From NCBI GenBank assembly GCA_964188305.1, contig OZ076893.1: 64,000 nt of DNA; one strand, 5' to 3'. This document shows, in pieces, positions 26,690-39,106 of the stretch; position 1 is the first letter of the stretch, and each line of letters opens with the position of its first letter. The translations under genes were made by a program, and so were the position numbers. The stretch comes from Podarcis bocagei (Eukaryota). The notes under the pieces were generated by a model, which saw only the letters and a list, made by a program, of their open reading frames with translations, was not told where the DNA came from and searched no databases.

Positions 26690-27278
26690 CAACTAAACTA
26701 TCCATGACCTCATCCAACCTCTGCTTAAAAACCTCAAAGGAAGGAGAGACCACCACCTTCTGAGGGAGTCGGTTCCACTGCATACCTGAAGGAGTGTCTC
26801 CATCCCCAATGTTCAGCCCAGACACTGAGATCCAGCTCCAAGGGCCCTCTGGCAGTTCCCTCATTGCGGGAAGTGAGGTTACAGGGAACCCGGCAGAGGG
26901 CCTTCTCGATAGTTAGGCCCACCCTGTGGAACGCCCTCCCATTAGATTGTCAAGGAAACAAACATCAGACTTTTAGAAGACATCTGAAGACAGCCCTGAA
27001 CAGGGAGGTTTCTAATGTTTGAGGTTTTTATGTGTGTTTTAATATTTTGTTGGAAGCCACCCAGAGTGGCTGAGGCAATCCAGTCAGATTTTCGGCATAT
27101 AAATAATAAAAATATCATCGTCATCATTATTATCATAAGCACTGTCAAAGAGCTCTTACTGTCAGAAAGTTCTTTCTCTTGTTTAGTTGGAATCTCCTTT
27201 CTTGGAACTTGAAACCAGTGGTTCAAGTCCTACCCTCCAGAGCAGGAGAAAGCAAGCTTGCTCCATCTTCCTTGTAAC
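26690..27278 (-). mobile_element. CR1 3' fragment split by an L2 insertion
   Basis: QWNRLPQKVVVSPSFEVFKQRLD (26700-26780) continues at 27140-27278, which is the reverse of EDGASLLSPAL. Confidence 0.85.
26781..27139 (+). mobile_element. L2 LINE 3' fragment nested in CR1
   Basis: YLKECL...EVRLQGTRQRAFS...LWNALP...FRRHLKTAL (frameshifted), L2 tail and (ATC/ATT)n end; 5-bp duplication CACTG at 26776-26780 and 27140-27144. Confidence 0.85.
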
Positions 27279-27972
27279 TTTTCTTTTTTTTTATAATAAT
27301 ATTTTATTGCAAAATTTTAAACAAAGAATATCACCAAACATATACAATACCTTCACCAAAGAGTAACAAACAGAAAAGAAAGAAAAAAACATAAAAAAGA
27401 CAGAAGCATAGGCATAAAGTGAAAAAATCATAACCGTTCATAAATCTTTTTTCATAACTATTTGGACTTCCTCACATCTCCCTTTCCTGCGTTCTCCGTA
27501 ATAAAGTTATGCACAGCAATTTATTACCTTGTTTCATTTCTTATTTCTAATTTTCAAACATTATGTCTCAAACTTTAAATATTTTTGTCAGGTACTTAAC
27601 TACTTGGTTTAGACATAACATTACTTCAAATTCTATCTTTATCATTAAATTCAGCTTATTGTCACATATCTTTCACCTAAATTACTGGTGCCATGTTATC
27701 TCCTTTCGTGCACTTTCTTAAGATTCATACAATTTATAGTGTTTTTGTAAATAGTCTTTAAACTTTTTCCAGTCCTCTTCCACTGTCTCTTCTCCCAGGT
27801 CTCGAATTCTGCCGGTCATTTCCGCCAGCTCCATGTATTCTGTCAGTTGCACCTGCCATTCTTCCAGAGTGGGCAAATCTTGGGTCCTCCAATACTTTGC
27901 AATAAGTATTCTTGCTGCTGTTGTCACATACATAAAGAAAGTTCGGTCCTTCTTTAATAGTTCCTTATTACA
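27279..27972 (-). mobile_element. L1-clade LINE 3' end (ORF2 C-terminus, 3' UTR, polyA)
   Basis: TTAARILIAKYWRTQDLPTLEEW...EEDWKKFKDYL*, then a T-rich UTR, AATAAA and an A-tail on the minus strand. Confidence 0.8.
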
Positions 27973-28264
27973 GTATAGGTCGGATGTCTCAGCATATACT
28001 GGCCTGTTATGTATTTTATTAATAGTATTTATAATCCTCCCTTCACTCAAAGGTCCCAGGATAGAAATATGTGCAGTCTAAACCAAGATTAAACAATGAG
28101 ATCAAAACAGCTTTACACAAAATTCATACTTCAGTTACATTAAAAAAAAACCAGCAGTACAGTCGTCGTAGTCATCATCATCATCAAACACCTCCCCCTC
28201 TCCAGAAGTGTGGCCAAAGAGGTATATCTCCACTTTCCACCAAAATCACTTTCTAATGTATTCT

Positions 28265-28541
28265 GCTCACTGGAAGGACAGATCGTGAAGCTGAGGCTCC
28301 AATACTTTGGCCACCTCATGAGAAGAGAAGACTCCCTGGAAAAGAACCTGATGTTGGGAAAGATGGAGGGCACAAGAAGAAGGGGGCGACAGAGGACGAG
28401 ATGCTTGGACAGTGTTCTCGAAGCTACAAACATGAGTCTGACCAAACTGCGGGAGACTGTGGAAGACAGAAGTGCCTGCCGTGCTCTGGTCCATGGGGTC
28501 ACGAAGAGTCGGACACGACTAAACGACTAAACAACAACAAC
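28265..28541 (+). mobile_element. BovB LINE 3' fragment
   Basis: LEGQIVKLRLQYFGHLMRREDSLEK...VHGVTKSRTRLND*; (CAA)n tail; 10-bp TSD AATGTATTCT at 28255-28264 and 28542-28551. Confidence 0.95.
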
Positions 28542-28609
28542 AATGTATTCTAGCGATATTGTGACACCTCCACCAGATCATTATGTGTTTTTCCATTCTT
28601 TTTAATACT

Positions 28610-28705
28610 CCTTCTTCTTTGGCGATCACTCATAGCCGAGTAAGTTTGTCTTCCATGAACACGGTCTTAACAGTGTGTCCATAAGTGACTGTGGAGGCCA
28701 ATTCT
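28610..28705 (-). mobile_element. RTE-clade LINE extreme 3' end (not BovB)
   Basis: Minus strand encodes RIGLHSHLWTHC*, then a short UTR and a (GAA)n tail. Confidence 0.7.
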
Positions 28706-30639
28706 ATTTCATTTGGGGCTGATGATGATCTCCTCAAGTTCTAGGCAATTTCATATTAATGGAAAATGCATTAAAATGATATGCCTCTTTCTATAACATC
28801 AGACTGCATGAAATGATTTGAGAGGTCACTGCAGTCATTACTTAGGAAAACTATGATAGTGTGGGTTAGGTTTTTCTTTTGGAGTTTTGAGATCAAGAAG
28901 TTTTCCAATATATTGCAATAAATAAAAACAAAAAATGGAAGAAATCACTAACTAGTCAAAAGTAAAAGAAAGCTGGCAGACTCTAAATGTATTTAGAAAG
29001 AACTGGACTTATTTTGTTGAGTTTTGTAATAAATAAACTGTTGTATTCAGTGTGGGGTTAGTTTTTAATGAAAAATAGATCTTGAAAGATATTTTCAAAA
29101 TCTATAGTTTCCCAAAATTTCTACATGGCTAGATATAGATAGATATAGAAGATTATCCACCCAGTTTTCTAATCATCACCAAGCAATTGGGAATGATCCT
29201 CATTATCTGTTCTCATTCTCTACCTTCTAGAGTGAAATGTTATGTTGTCAGAAATATTAGGAATGATTAAAGATAATTGCTGGTCCCATATTTAGCATTT
29301 GAAATCAAGTTTGAAGCTACTTGTAAGTGCTGATCAACTGTGACTGCCGTTTAGCCTGAACTGTGGTTAACATTGCTGCTGGTATAATGTTTAACCATGG
29401 ATGAGGCCTTTAGTGGGAATTTGTGCTCCAGAAGATAACCTGTAGAAAAGGAAGTGTATTACCCCATGCCCTACTCACATGGTGCACTGTGAAGAAAGAC
29501 CCAGAAATGTCCAGAGAAGCAAAACAAGGGATTAATTGGTTCTTGGCCTTGTATTTCACTGTATATGTGTACAACTTACAGCACAATTCTATATATATTT
29601 ATTATATTCAAAAGGAAGTCCAATGGAATTTACTCCTAAGAAAGTGTACACAGAATGACAGCCTTAGTCTTTCAAGCTGTGTTTAGGTAACAGGTCTTGA
29701 GCCTTTCAACTTTCATACCAAAGGAAACATTCACCAGCATAAACTTACTACCTATTTAATTTCAAGGAATTGGATATTTTATAGGATACAGAGATCCACT
29801 TTAGTTTCTGAATCAAATATTAAAATGTTCACACTCCTAAGCAGTTTCAATCTTTAGAGTTATCAAAGCATGCCTTAAACTTAGAAGCAGATGACCGTGG
29901 CTAATTTTTCTACCTTACAGAACTTTTGAGAAACAAAAATCATCAAAAGGGGAAACAAGCCCACCATTTTTAAATGGACTACCAAGGTTCTCTTTTGAAG
30001 TTACAGAGCAAGTAAAAAATACACTTTTCTCAGTAATTATGTTAAGGAAAGGTTGGTAGGATACAGTTTAAACTGTTTATCAATTCCACTTTCGACAACA
30101 AGTTGCTGAAAGCAATTCCTACAGCTTGACTTAATGATTTTCTGATGTTCACAGCACTGTTTTGTTTCAGAGCCTGGGTCGCAGCAAAAAACTTCCCCCT
30201 GCTTTTATCTATTAATGAAGCTACTGTGTACTATGTGCCCCTCTCCCTCTTTATGACAGTCTATTCTATCGCACCCACCCCAGGTTCATTACTTCACCCC
30301 ATTAACAATCCGTTCAGAGTCCTCTGCTAGTTTTATGAGGCAAAACCACAAAATGTCAGGTTAAGAAAACCCTTTCCCAAACTTCTCTCATAAAATACTG
30401 ACACATAATACATTACCTGTCAAGTATCTGTTTACACAGATTCTCACCGAACTAGCAACATGAAGTTTAATATTAGAAAAGGTGGATAATGAATTGCCTA
30501 CTACTTTTTCTTTTTCTTTTTTTAAAAAAAGGCAACTGAACGTAAAATATTTGGTAACTTTCTAATCATAATGCTGCAGCGATCCTTACTTTAATTAAAG
30601 GAAATAAAAAACACCCTCAACACATAGCAGCATGATATG

Positions 30640-30776
30640 GTCTAGGATTGTGTTCTTCAATTTGGATTCCTAGGTAGTGTTGGAATCATCCTTGACCATT
30701 GAGATAAGCTGGCTAGAGATGATAGTTGCAGTCCAACAAATCTAGGGACCCAGGGCTGAAGAACACTAGCCTAGGA
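30640..30776. mobile_element. Decayed hAT-type MITE related to the 3411 family
   Basis: GTGTTCTTCAA...TGAAGAACAC termini with CTAGGA on both sides. Other decayed relatives at about 3299-3395, 41800-41910 and 55780-55890. Confidence 0.5.
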
Positions 30777-32092
30777 CACTTTATTCAAAGACAGATATCT
30801 TGTAGGAAGATACTTTAATCATCAGCATTATTCTGAGGAAAAACCATCCCAAATGAATTTCATTTTCTTTTGGAAAGCAGCTTTGCCACACGTAAGTGAG
30901 AAGAGAATCGTAAGTCACATATGTACACTTTTAATGGATTGGCTGGATGAAAATATTGATATCCCACCTCTTGTGCCTGAATAAACATTTGAAGTGGTTC
31001 ACAATATAAATGAAAAACAATACTAAGTACACATACAGGTATACCCTTATATAAGATATAAAACTAAAATGTCTGGTGTTCTGTGTGGCTATGATACATC
31101 AAGAGATGCCAAAAGCTTTTTACAGAGCTGTACTGAAGATGATGTGATGTGTGTGCGGATTTAAATTTTTAAAAATAAAGTTGGAAAGATGTAAAATGAA
31201 TCTTCATTTTTAGTTGCTTGCTGCATTACCTGTGCAAGTAGGCACCTAAGGCCATCAGCTTGCTGAATCCAAGTCTGTCTGTCTCTGAATGGGTGACTTT
31301 GCATCGGAAACAAAGTGAGCTGCCCTGGTTCTATGATGGAAGAAACGTGGGACAGAACACGCTTCAGCTTTGGTTAAATCTGTAAGTCTGGACAATTCTA
31401 GGAGTCATTTCTCAAGCCAATTACTGCCCTGGTTCCAGAATTTAGTACTTTTTTTTGCAAAAGGTACTAAAAAAAGTATTTGCCTTTACTTCTCCAGACA
31501 GCCATATGGCCTAGAATTTATTAATTCCTCAATGTCCATCTCAGTAGAGCAGAATGTGACTGACCTGGGAGTAACACAGTGGTCTCCCTGTAGGTGTGAA
31601 GCATGCCAACAAATTGTCCCAGTTCCGCCTATGAGGGGAGTGGAGGGGAATAAAGGCAGTGGTTGCCATGGGACAGAGCAAGGTTGCAGGAGAAACTGAT
31701 GGACAAGATCTGAAAGTGTTCTCTAAACAGGGTTTAAAAGGGCTCAATCGTGAGAGTGGAGCATTCAGCCATATGTTACTTTTCTTGATGCCAGGAAATT
31801 TCAGTAGATGCCAGATAGTGTCTTCTGAGGTGTGTATCTTAGAGGGTGGGGCTGTGCTTGCTAGCCTTACCTTCTGTTGCACCCTCTGCTCCCCCTCCAC
31901 CAGGTGTTGTGTGGGAAGGTCCAAAGAGGGCACCTTGCTCTACATGCATAGGCTCCTCATGTGATTTTGAATGTTGATTGCGTATGGAGCCCATGGATGA
32001 ATAGGGGAGCCTATTCCTGCTTCAGACTTCACCCACCCACTACCCATGCATAGATAGGGAAGGGGACTGGGCTGGCTGGCAAAAGCAGCAAG

Positions 32093-32278
32093 AGGAACAT
32101 TGGAAGTTGTCTTCTATGGAGTCAGATCCATCTAGGTTAGTATTGTCTACTCTGACCGACCATACCCTCCAGGGTTTCAGACAGGGTTCTCTCCCAGCCC
32201 TACCTGGAGAATCCAAGGATTGAACCTGGAACCTTCTGCATCCAAATCAGATGCTCTACTACAGAGCCAAAGGCCCTC
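32093..32278 (-). mobile_element. Squam3-like SINE
   Basis: Reverse of GTAGAGCATCTG...GGTTCCAGGTTCAATCC...CTGAAACCCTGGAG...GTAGACAATACT. Confidence 0.85.
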
Positions 32279-33639
32279 TCTATCTCAGGGATAGAGATTT
32301 TCTTGCCATACGATTGTAACCACATGGGACATGTTTGCAAATCTGTTTAACCAGTTAAAGCTGGCAGTGGAAATATACAATCCAGAAGGGAGCGCCTGAA
32401 AAGAAGGGAAATGTTATCTTATGGCTCACTCCCAATTAACTTAAGGATAATAATGCAAAACAAAAACAAAAAACCAGCAACCCTCACAACAATCTTATCT
32501 CTGATCATCAAAAATTGACATACTTTTAAAAATGTCCTTCTGTATTTTAGGAGTGCCACATACAATTTGTGTACAATCCCATAACATTTTGGAGAAATTA
32601 TATGAGAGGATGGCTAGACAACATTTATTTCTAATGATGGCCCTGATGAAAGACCTTCTCCAAAATGTGTCAGTCTTTGAAATACATTATTTGTGGCATT
32701 CCTGAGAACTTTCCTCTCTTTGTTTTGCTGGCTGGTGTAGTTCCCTCCCCACCCCGCTTTTTGATTTCTTCTGTATTTAAAAAACAGCAACCATGCTTCT
32801 AGTTTTTTTCCTGGAACAAAACAGAGGAAAGGCTCTTGCAAAAACAAAAAAACACCTGATCCTAGTTACATATGTTTAATCTTGCTTTAATGTAATTTGT
32901 AACTGTGAGCAGGATTATAATAAAAATTTGCAAAGGTTGCAAATATAGAACAACAGGTTCATAGAACAGAGGGTTGTGAATGTCTGAGTTGATCTTACTG
33001 GTTATTTTGATATTCTAGATCATTCCTGGATCAGATTTGCAATTGAGAGAATTGTCAGCTTTCTGTTTCTGTGACTACTTAGCTTCAACTGTTAAGGTCC
33101 TGCTCCAGTAGGCAGAGAAAATCCATCTGCCATAGAGGAAACTCCTTATTAGTTCCAAATTATGAAGAAAACTGATATCTTTTCAGTCTTTAAGCAACTT
33201 CCATCTGTAATGAACCCTACAGTTCCTTCTGGCAGTCAGCTGGAGTTATAGCTATCAGCTTAATCACCAGATATGCTCCATAGCTTTGACCCTCTTCAGC
33301 CCTGGATAGGGCAGTGTCTGTTCTTTGAGCTAACAACCTGACACAGATAAACTTTTCCTTTCTCTGCACCGGAAATCTGCATTAGTCTTAGCCAAGTCAG
33401 GTTGTGATTTAGTCATAGTACTCTTCTGTGACTTAAAGCAAACAAATCTTTCCCATCTTTGACTTGCATGCAAACCAAACTTTTTGCGCCATGCCTTTTT
33501 TAAAAAACAAAACACAACAAAATTACTGTGGTTGACTCCTAGTTATAAAGCTTCCTGGCTTTTTGTACACCCCAATAAATTTGACTAGTGGGTCTTTTTA
33601 ATACATAATACATTTTCATCACATCCATGAGTAAACTAA

Positions 33640-33640
<1 letters not shown>

Positions 33641-33698
<58 letters not shown>

Positions 33699-33700
33699 TC
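33641..33700. repeat. (TTTC)15 microsatellite
   Basis: Direct reading, perfect 60 bp. Confidence 0.98.
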
Positions 33701-33714
33701 CATTTTAGGAACAG

Positions 33715-33842
33715 TGATCATCACGACTTAATGCAAAGATTGCAGATTTGATCCCCATAAGGGACAGCTGCATATTCTTGCACTGCAGGGCATTTGACTA
33801 GATGATCCTCAGGGTTCCTTCTAACAGTACGATTCTATGACT
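33715..33842 (+). mobile_element. tRNA-derived SINE with CR1-type tail
   Basis: B-box-like GATTTGATCCCC, then GACTAGATGATCCTCAGGGTTCCTTCTAAC...GATTCTATGA. Confidence 0.7.
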
Positions 33843-36254
33843 TAGAGGCTTTGCATGTGGAATTGACATAAGTCCTGAGTTAAGATTGTGAAGTAATATG
33901 GAAATATCTCACCATCTCTGTGCTAATGGACCTTTGAACTCTTGAGAATCCAAACAGGGAGATTTGAGCACTGTCTCCTGATTTTGAATTCCCCTGATCC
34001 TACTAACTGACCCATCAGTGTATATAATGACATAAACAGCAGGCCTCCATTTGCAAATTACAGATGGGAACTTAACTTACCTGGTGGCAAGGATTATTAA
34101 TGTGGTTAAGAAAGGGAAAAATTAATATCTTAGAATAAAATGTGCATACCTAGCCATTTTAGCTGTTAAATTGTATGTACAGATATGGAAAATGAAAAAC
34201 AGCTCTGTATGTGATTTGTGTAAAAATAATTTGTATGCATTATTCTCAGGTTCCATCGCTGCCCCTATTCCAGCCATCCGTTAATGGTATCTTGTCAGTT
34301 TGGGATGCAGCACTCAGATAACTGGTTCTATCGCTTTCAAGGAACACCATATGCAGTCCAGTGGTTTTTGATGATTTGGGACTTGCTTAGTCTTGTTGAT
34401 AAGGCATGCATTATATCTTACTATGACCAAGCAATACAGGTTCATATACTTGGCAGTATTTCATGGTGGAAAAGTAGAGAGATCTGGGGAAAAAGATGGT
34501 AGAATCTCTTAACCATCTACTGTGATGTTTTTATGTTGCCTTATAGATCAGTTGCAAACACACATAGCAGCGGCTAATCCCAGGGACATACTTCATCAGG
34601 ATAACATCATGACTGAAACTCTGAGGTAGACATTAAGATGTGAAACTGCCAATATATTTTGTTGAGAGGAAAATCCTCTACACACTGGAGACATAGCTGG
34701 ACACTGGGTGGTCTTAAATATAATTCTTCAGCGGCATTTTAAAAGAGGGCTGTTTGGTAGGCCATAACCTTAATGTTTTATATTTACTTCTTTCTGATGA
34801 GCAGCTTTATATATTTTTTTCATTGAGAAAACCCAAGGCAGTTTTCTGAACAAATAATTAAGGTAACTATAGTACAGTTATTATTTTTCTTAAACGTTAC
34901 TGCCCCCATATGGACACAATGATGAACATACGCTAGCAATGTAGGTAAAGCTTCTCCCTAGGTTGCATGGCTTTAAAATGTCTACTTTAAAGTTTTAATC
35001 CAGACAGATATAAATTAAGTTTGGGTGATTAATGGTTAAGTCAAGTTGATCATGTCTCCAGACTTTGTATTTGTGTTTGCTGTAATTACTTGTTTTCTGA
35101 CATACCAAATATACTTCAGTACTCACCTAAACTGATTGCACCTGCAATTGCTTAGTGTAGTTTACTTTCCATAAAACTTACTCATTTTTGTGTACTGACC
35201 ATCTTTCCTTTCTGGGGATAAATTTGAGGTGTTTAAGGTTTGGTAAATGCTTTTCATGGTAACTTGGACCCACAATAACTACTGCGTTACTTTCATAACC
35301 TGTAAAGCCCAATTAGAGGTGGCTTCATAAACCCCTGAAATTGCAAAGTCTACCCATCCTTACCTTTAAAAACATTTGTAGCTGCATCCATAGAATAGAA
35401 TTGCTGACAGTTGCCAGACATTTCTGAATGAGGCACACGCAGTTTGCACCTCCCATTATTTTCTGGGATTCACTAGATTGTTATAAAATTTCCAGGCTTG
35501 AAATAGGTGGGGTTTAAAGATTTTTAACAAGCTATGTGTGCGTGCAGGGATTATAAGGTTTTAATAACATTAAAATTTACTGCTACTACCACAGCATTTT
35601 TAAAGTGGGAAGCTAAAGAACAGTCATACTTATTTTTAATCAGTTAGAAGTACTGCATGCCAAGTCAAGTGTTCTTTATTTATTTCAAGTAGTTCATTCA
35701 CTGAATTCTTTGACTGTCCCAGAGGGCTCAGTGTGGAAAGGATGTTTACAAGTACAAAGTCAGAGTTATACACACTGCCTGCTCAACTCCGGTTTGTTTC
35801 ATGTGCTGTGGAATTGGCTGTTCTTTTCAACTTCAGAGCTGCATTTTCGAAGACAAAAAGCACAGCTGCATTTCAGAATCGGCAAATAGTTACAAATTCT
35901 ATATTTTCTCATACTTTTTGCTGTGATCAATACATTTCAGTACAGGAATATGGCATTGAAAAATTAAAAGTAGCCTATATGTTCAGTCTTGGCAGAAAAG
36001 AGTTTGCTCCATCTCTAGCTGTGTCTATTAATGCACCAGAACTATAATCTTCTTAAAGCTCACTTGGAAATGATAATGTGTGTGCCACCTTCTACATTTA
36101 TAATGTTTAATGACAGTGTAATTCTGTTTGTGCCACTGTTTAGAAATTTGTCCATAATCATCCAGCATAGGAGGTATGCACATTGATAGGTGCATACATG
36201 CATCTAGATTAATCTGCATATCATATTGATGTCTCCGTTTGATCATGGCCAGCT

Positions 36255-37370
36255 TTAGGTCTGGTGCCTAAAGGTGTACAATGAAGGTGCCAGTCAAACC
36301 TCCCTGGGGAGAGCATTCCACAAACAGGGAGCTACCCTGAGATCTTTTGATGAATGGCGGTTTATAAATATAACACATAAATAACAAGTAGTAAATAAAT
36401 ACTTGTGTTGCCACCATCCAGACCTATCATGGAGGAGGCACATGAAGAAGGCCCTCAGATTATGAGGGTCCAAGTGTGAGTAGGTTTATATGGAGAGAGG
36501 TGGTCCTTAAGGGTGTGGTGGCCCTGAGCCATTTAGGGCTTTATAGGTCAAAACCAGCACCTTGAATTGGACCCAGCAACTAATTGGCAGGGAGTGCAGT
36601 TGGGCCACGATTGGTGTAATAGGCTCAAACTGTCTTGCCCCAATGAACAACCTAGCTGTTGAATTCTGCACCAGCTGAAGTTTCCGAAACGTCTTCAGAG
36701 GCAGCCGTACGTATAACACATTGCAGTAATTTAACACCGAGGTTACCAGAGCATAGACAACACTAGTTAGGCTGTCCCTGTCCAGATAGGGGCACAGCTG
36801 GGTCACCAGCTGAAGCTGGTGGAAAGCACTTTGCATCACTGGGACCACCTGAGCTCAAGTGACAGCAAAGGATCCAGAAGTATCCCCAAGCTGCATACAT
36901 CTCCTTCAGTGTAACCCCATTGAGAGCAGGCAGATGGTAAGGAGTGAGTTGTGTGTCATCCATATACTGGTGAAACTGCACTCCAAACCTTCCAATAGTT
37001 TCGTATACAGTGGTACCTCAGGTTAAGTACTTAATTTGTTCCGGAAAGTCCGTACTTAACCTGAAACTGTTCTTAACCTGAAGCACCACTTTAGCTAATG
37101 GGGCCGCCTGCTGCCGCCGCGCCGCCGGAGCACGATTTCTGTTCTCATTCTGAAGCAAGGCTCTTAACCTGAAGCACTATTTCTGGGTTAGTGGAGTCTG
37201 TAACCTGAAGCGTATGTAACCTGAGGTACCACTGTAAATGTTTAAAAGCATGGGAGACAAATAGAACCTTGTGTGGACCCTACAGCATAGCCACCATGGG
37301 CCCGCAGAAGTCCCCCAGTGTTACTTTCTAGTAGCGGCTCTGCAACCAAGACTGAAGACAGGCTGAAATG
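36255..37370 (-). mobile_element. Old L2 LINE fragment interrupted by a MITE
   Basis: HQYMDDTQL, LVTSVLNYCNVLYVRLP, LQLVQNSTARL, VQFKVLVLTYKAL; an SPML-LNI segment lies beyond the MITE at 37237-37300. Confidence 0.85.
37008..37234. mobile_element. Tc1/mariner (Tigger-like) MITE, family B
   Basis: Perfect 18-bp TIR CAGTGGTACCTCAGGTTA / TAACCTGAGGTACCACTG; TA TSD; internal TAACCTGAAG repeats. Confidence 0.92.
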
Positions 37371-37734
37371 GGTTTAGATAACCCATTTCATCCAGGAGAA
37401 TTTCACTGAACTAGCACCACTCTCTAGATCACTTTCATGGATGATATGTCTAAAACCATTTGGACTTGTCAGAAACATTTTGATGTCTGAAGTGAAGCAG
37501 CAGACAATGTCCCCTAGCCAGTCAAGGTGCATAGTAACTGGAACATGACATTTTCTGTAAAAATAATCTACATTACGCTGCCTCTTGCTTTTCTTTCCAA
37601 AGGACTGAAAGCATGGCTTTACAAAACCTACATATAAAAAAGTTCCACCTATCACTGTGTCTGGCCAGCTTGTGCAACGCAGCCCATGAGAGAAGGTAGT
37701 CATTGGGCTGAAAAGGTTTTAACCACCCTTGATT

Positions 37735-38060
37735 TAAAGCATTTATACTCTTGTCTTTTCTTAATAGAGTGCAAGGCAGCTAACAATAATTAAAATAACG
37801 GAAAATTAAAAAGCAGGACACTTAACTAAAAAGATAGGAAGTGCAAACAGCCATTCAAAGCAAATTAACCAAACTTGTTACAGTAAGTTAAAAGCAGTTC
37901 AGTGAGAAAGCTATTATTTCTCATGGCCCAGAGCCCAAAAAAGAAGATTTCTACAATCCATCTGAAGGACATGAAGGAGGGGACAAGATGAGCGCCTTTG
38001 TAGGGCAGTTCCAAAGCCCGAGTACAACCAGTGAAAAGGCCTTATTACTCCAACTTGACA
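37735..38060 (-). mobile_element. Old L2 3' end fragment
   Basis: Reverse L2 tail and GGGCAGTTCCA...GAAAAGGCC, the reverse of a RAFS...WN.LP-like motif. Confidence 0.5.
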
Positions 38061-38077
38061 TACTGGGTATGCCAGTA

Positions 38078-38316
38078 CAGTGGTACCTCGGGTTACATAC
38101 GCTTCAGGTTACATACGCTTCAGGTTACAGACTCTGCTAACCTAGAAATAGTGCTTCAGGTTAAGAACTTTGCTTCAGGATGAGAACAGAAATCGTGCTC
38201 CGGCGGCATGGCAGCAGCAGGCCCCATTAGCTGAAGTGGTGCTTCAGGTTAAGAACAGTTTCAGGTTAATTATGGACCTCCAGAACGAATTAAGTACTTA
38301 ACCTGAGGTACCACTG
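38078..38316. mobile_element. Tc1/mariner (Tigger-like) MITE, family B, inverted relative to the 37008 copy
   Basis: TA|CAGTGGTACCTCGGGTTA...TAACCTGAGGTACCACTG|TA; interior is the reverse complement of 37008-37234 with one extra CTTCAGGTTACATACG unit. Confidence 0.92.
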
Positions 38317-38970
38317 TACATACAGTGCAAGGGCATCCTTGAAAGTAGTCTTTAGAGAACAGCAGGGATATCAGATTTCTTTTTTCACAGAAAACTTTAT
38401 TATTGCAGAAAATAATTTAGTTTCTTATATTATGCATAGATGCTTAACAGGAGAATTGTTGATTTCTGGGAGTGGGGGTTCGTTTCCTGGTTTCAGAATG
38501 AAATGCAGGCACATTCCATTGAAGTCTATGGCAAAACCTCATGGAATTTTGATTCTTACATGATAAACGTGTGTGTGTGTGTGTTTGAATTTTCATGCTG
38601 TATAAGAGACTCTTTAGCCTCTGCTTCAGCTTCAGCTATAACTGAAAATTATCACAGTACTCTGGAGTATCCACTTGGAAAAGTATGCTTGGAATGTCAG
38701 TGTTTTGGCAGTATGCAGTAGCATCAAAACACCAAATGTTGTCTGCTATACTAAAATTAGAGACAGTTGGATATTTCCTTTTAGTGATTTATAGATCTGT
38801 TATGTACCAGATTGTCTGTATACAAAATGAAAGTTGTTTGCTCACATTCATATGGGATAAGTTGTGCTATTTATAGGCTCATGTGCATTAAAATCAAACT
38901 CAAACATGTACCCACCCACACCCCTTCTGCGTTACATAGAGAGCCACTTTAGTTTTTCCACTGGATATTA

Positions 38971-39106
38971 CAGGCATAGGCAAACTTGTCCCTCCAGATA
39001 TTTTGGGACTACAACTCCCATCATCCCTATCTAACAGGACCAATGGTCAGGGATGATAGGAGTTGTAGTCCCAAAACATCTGGAGGGACAAGTTTGCCTA
39101 TACCAG
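38971..39106. mobile_element. hAT-type MITE, 136 bp
   Basis: TIR CAGGCATAGGCAAACTTGTCCCTCCAGA / TCTGGAGGGACAAGTTTGCCTATACCAG; perfect 8-bp TSD GGATATTA. Confidence 0.92.

Noticed and set aside
37008-37234. Repeated TAACCTGAAG units as a CRISPR-like array
   Set aside because: Spacing is irregular, the units lie inside a TIR/TA-TSD MITE, and the context is a vertebrate intron.
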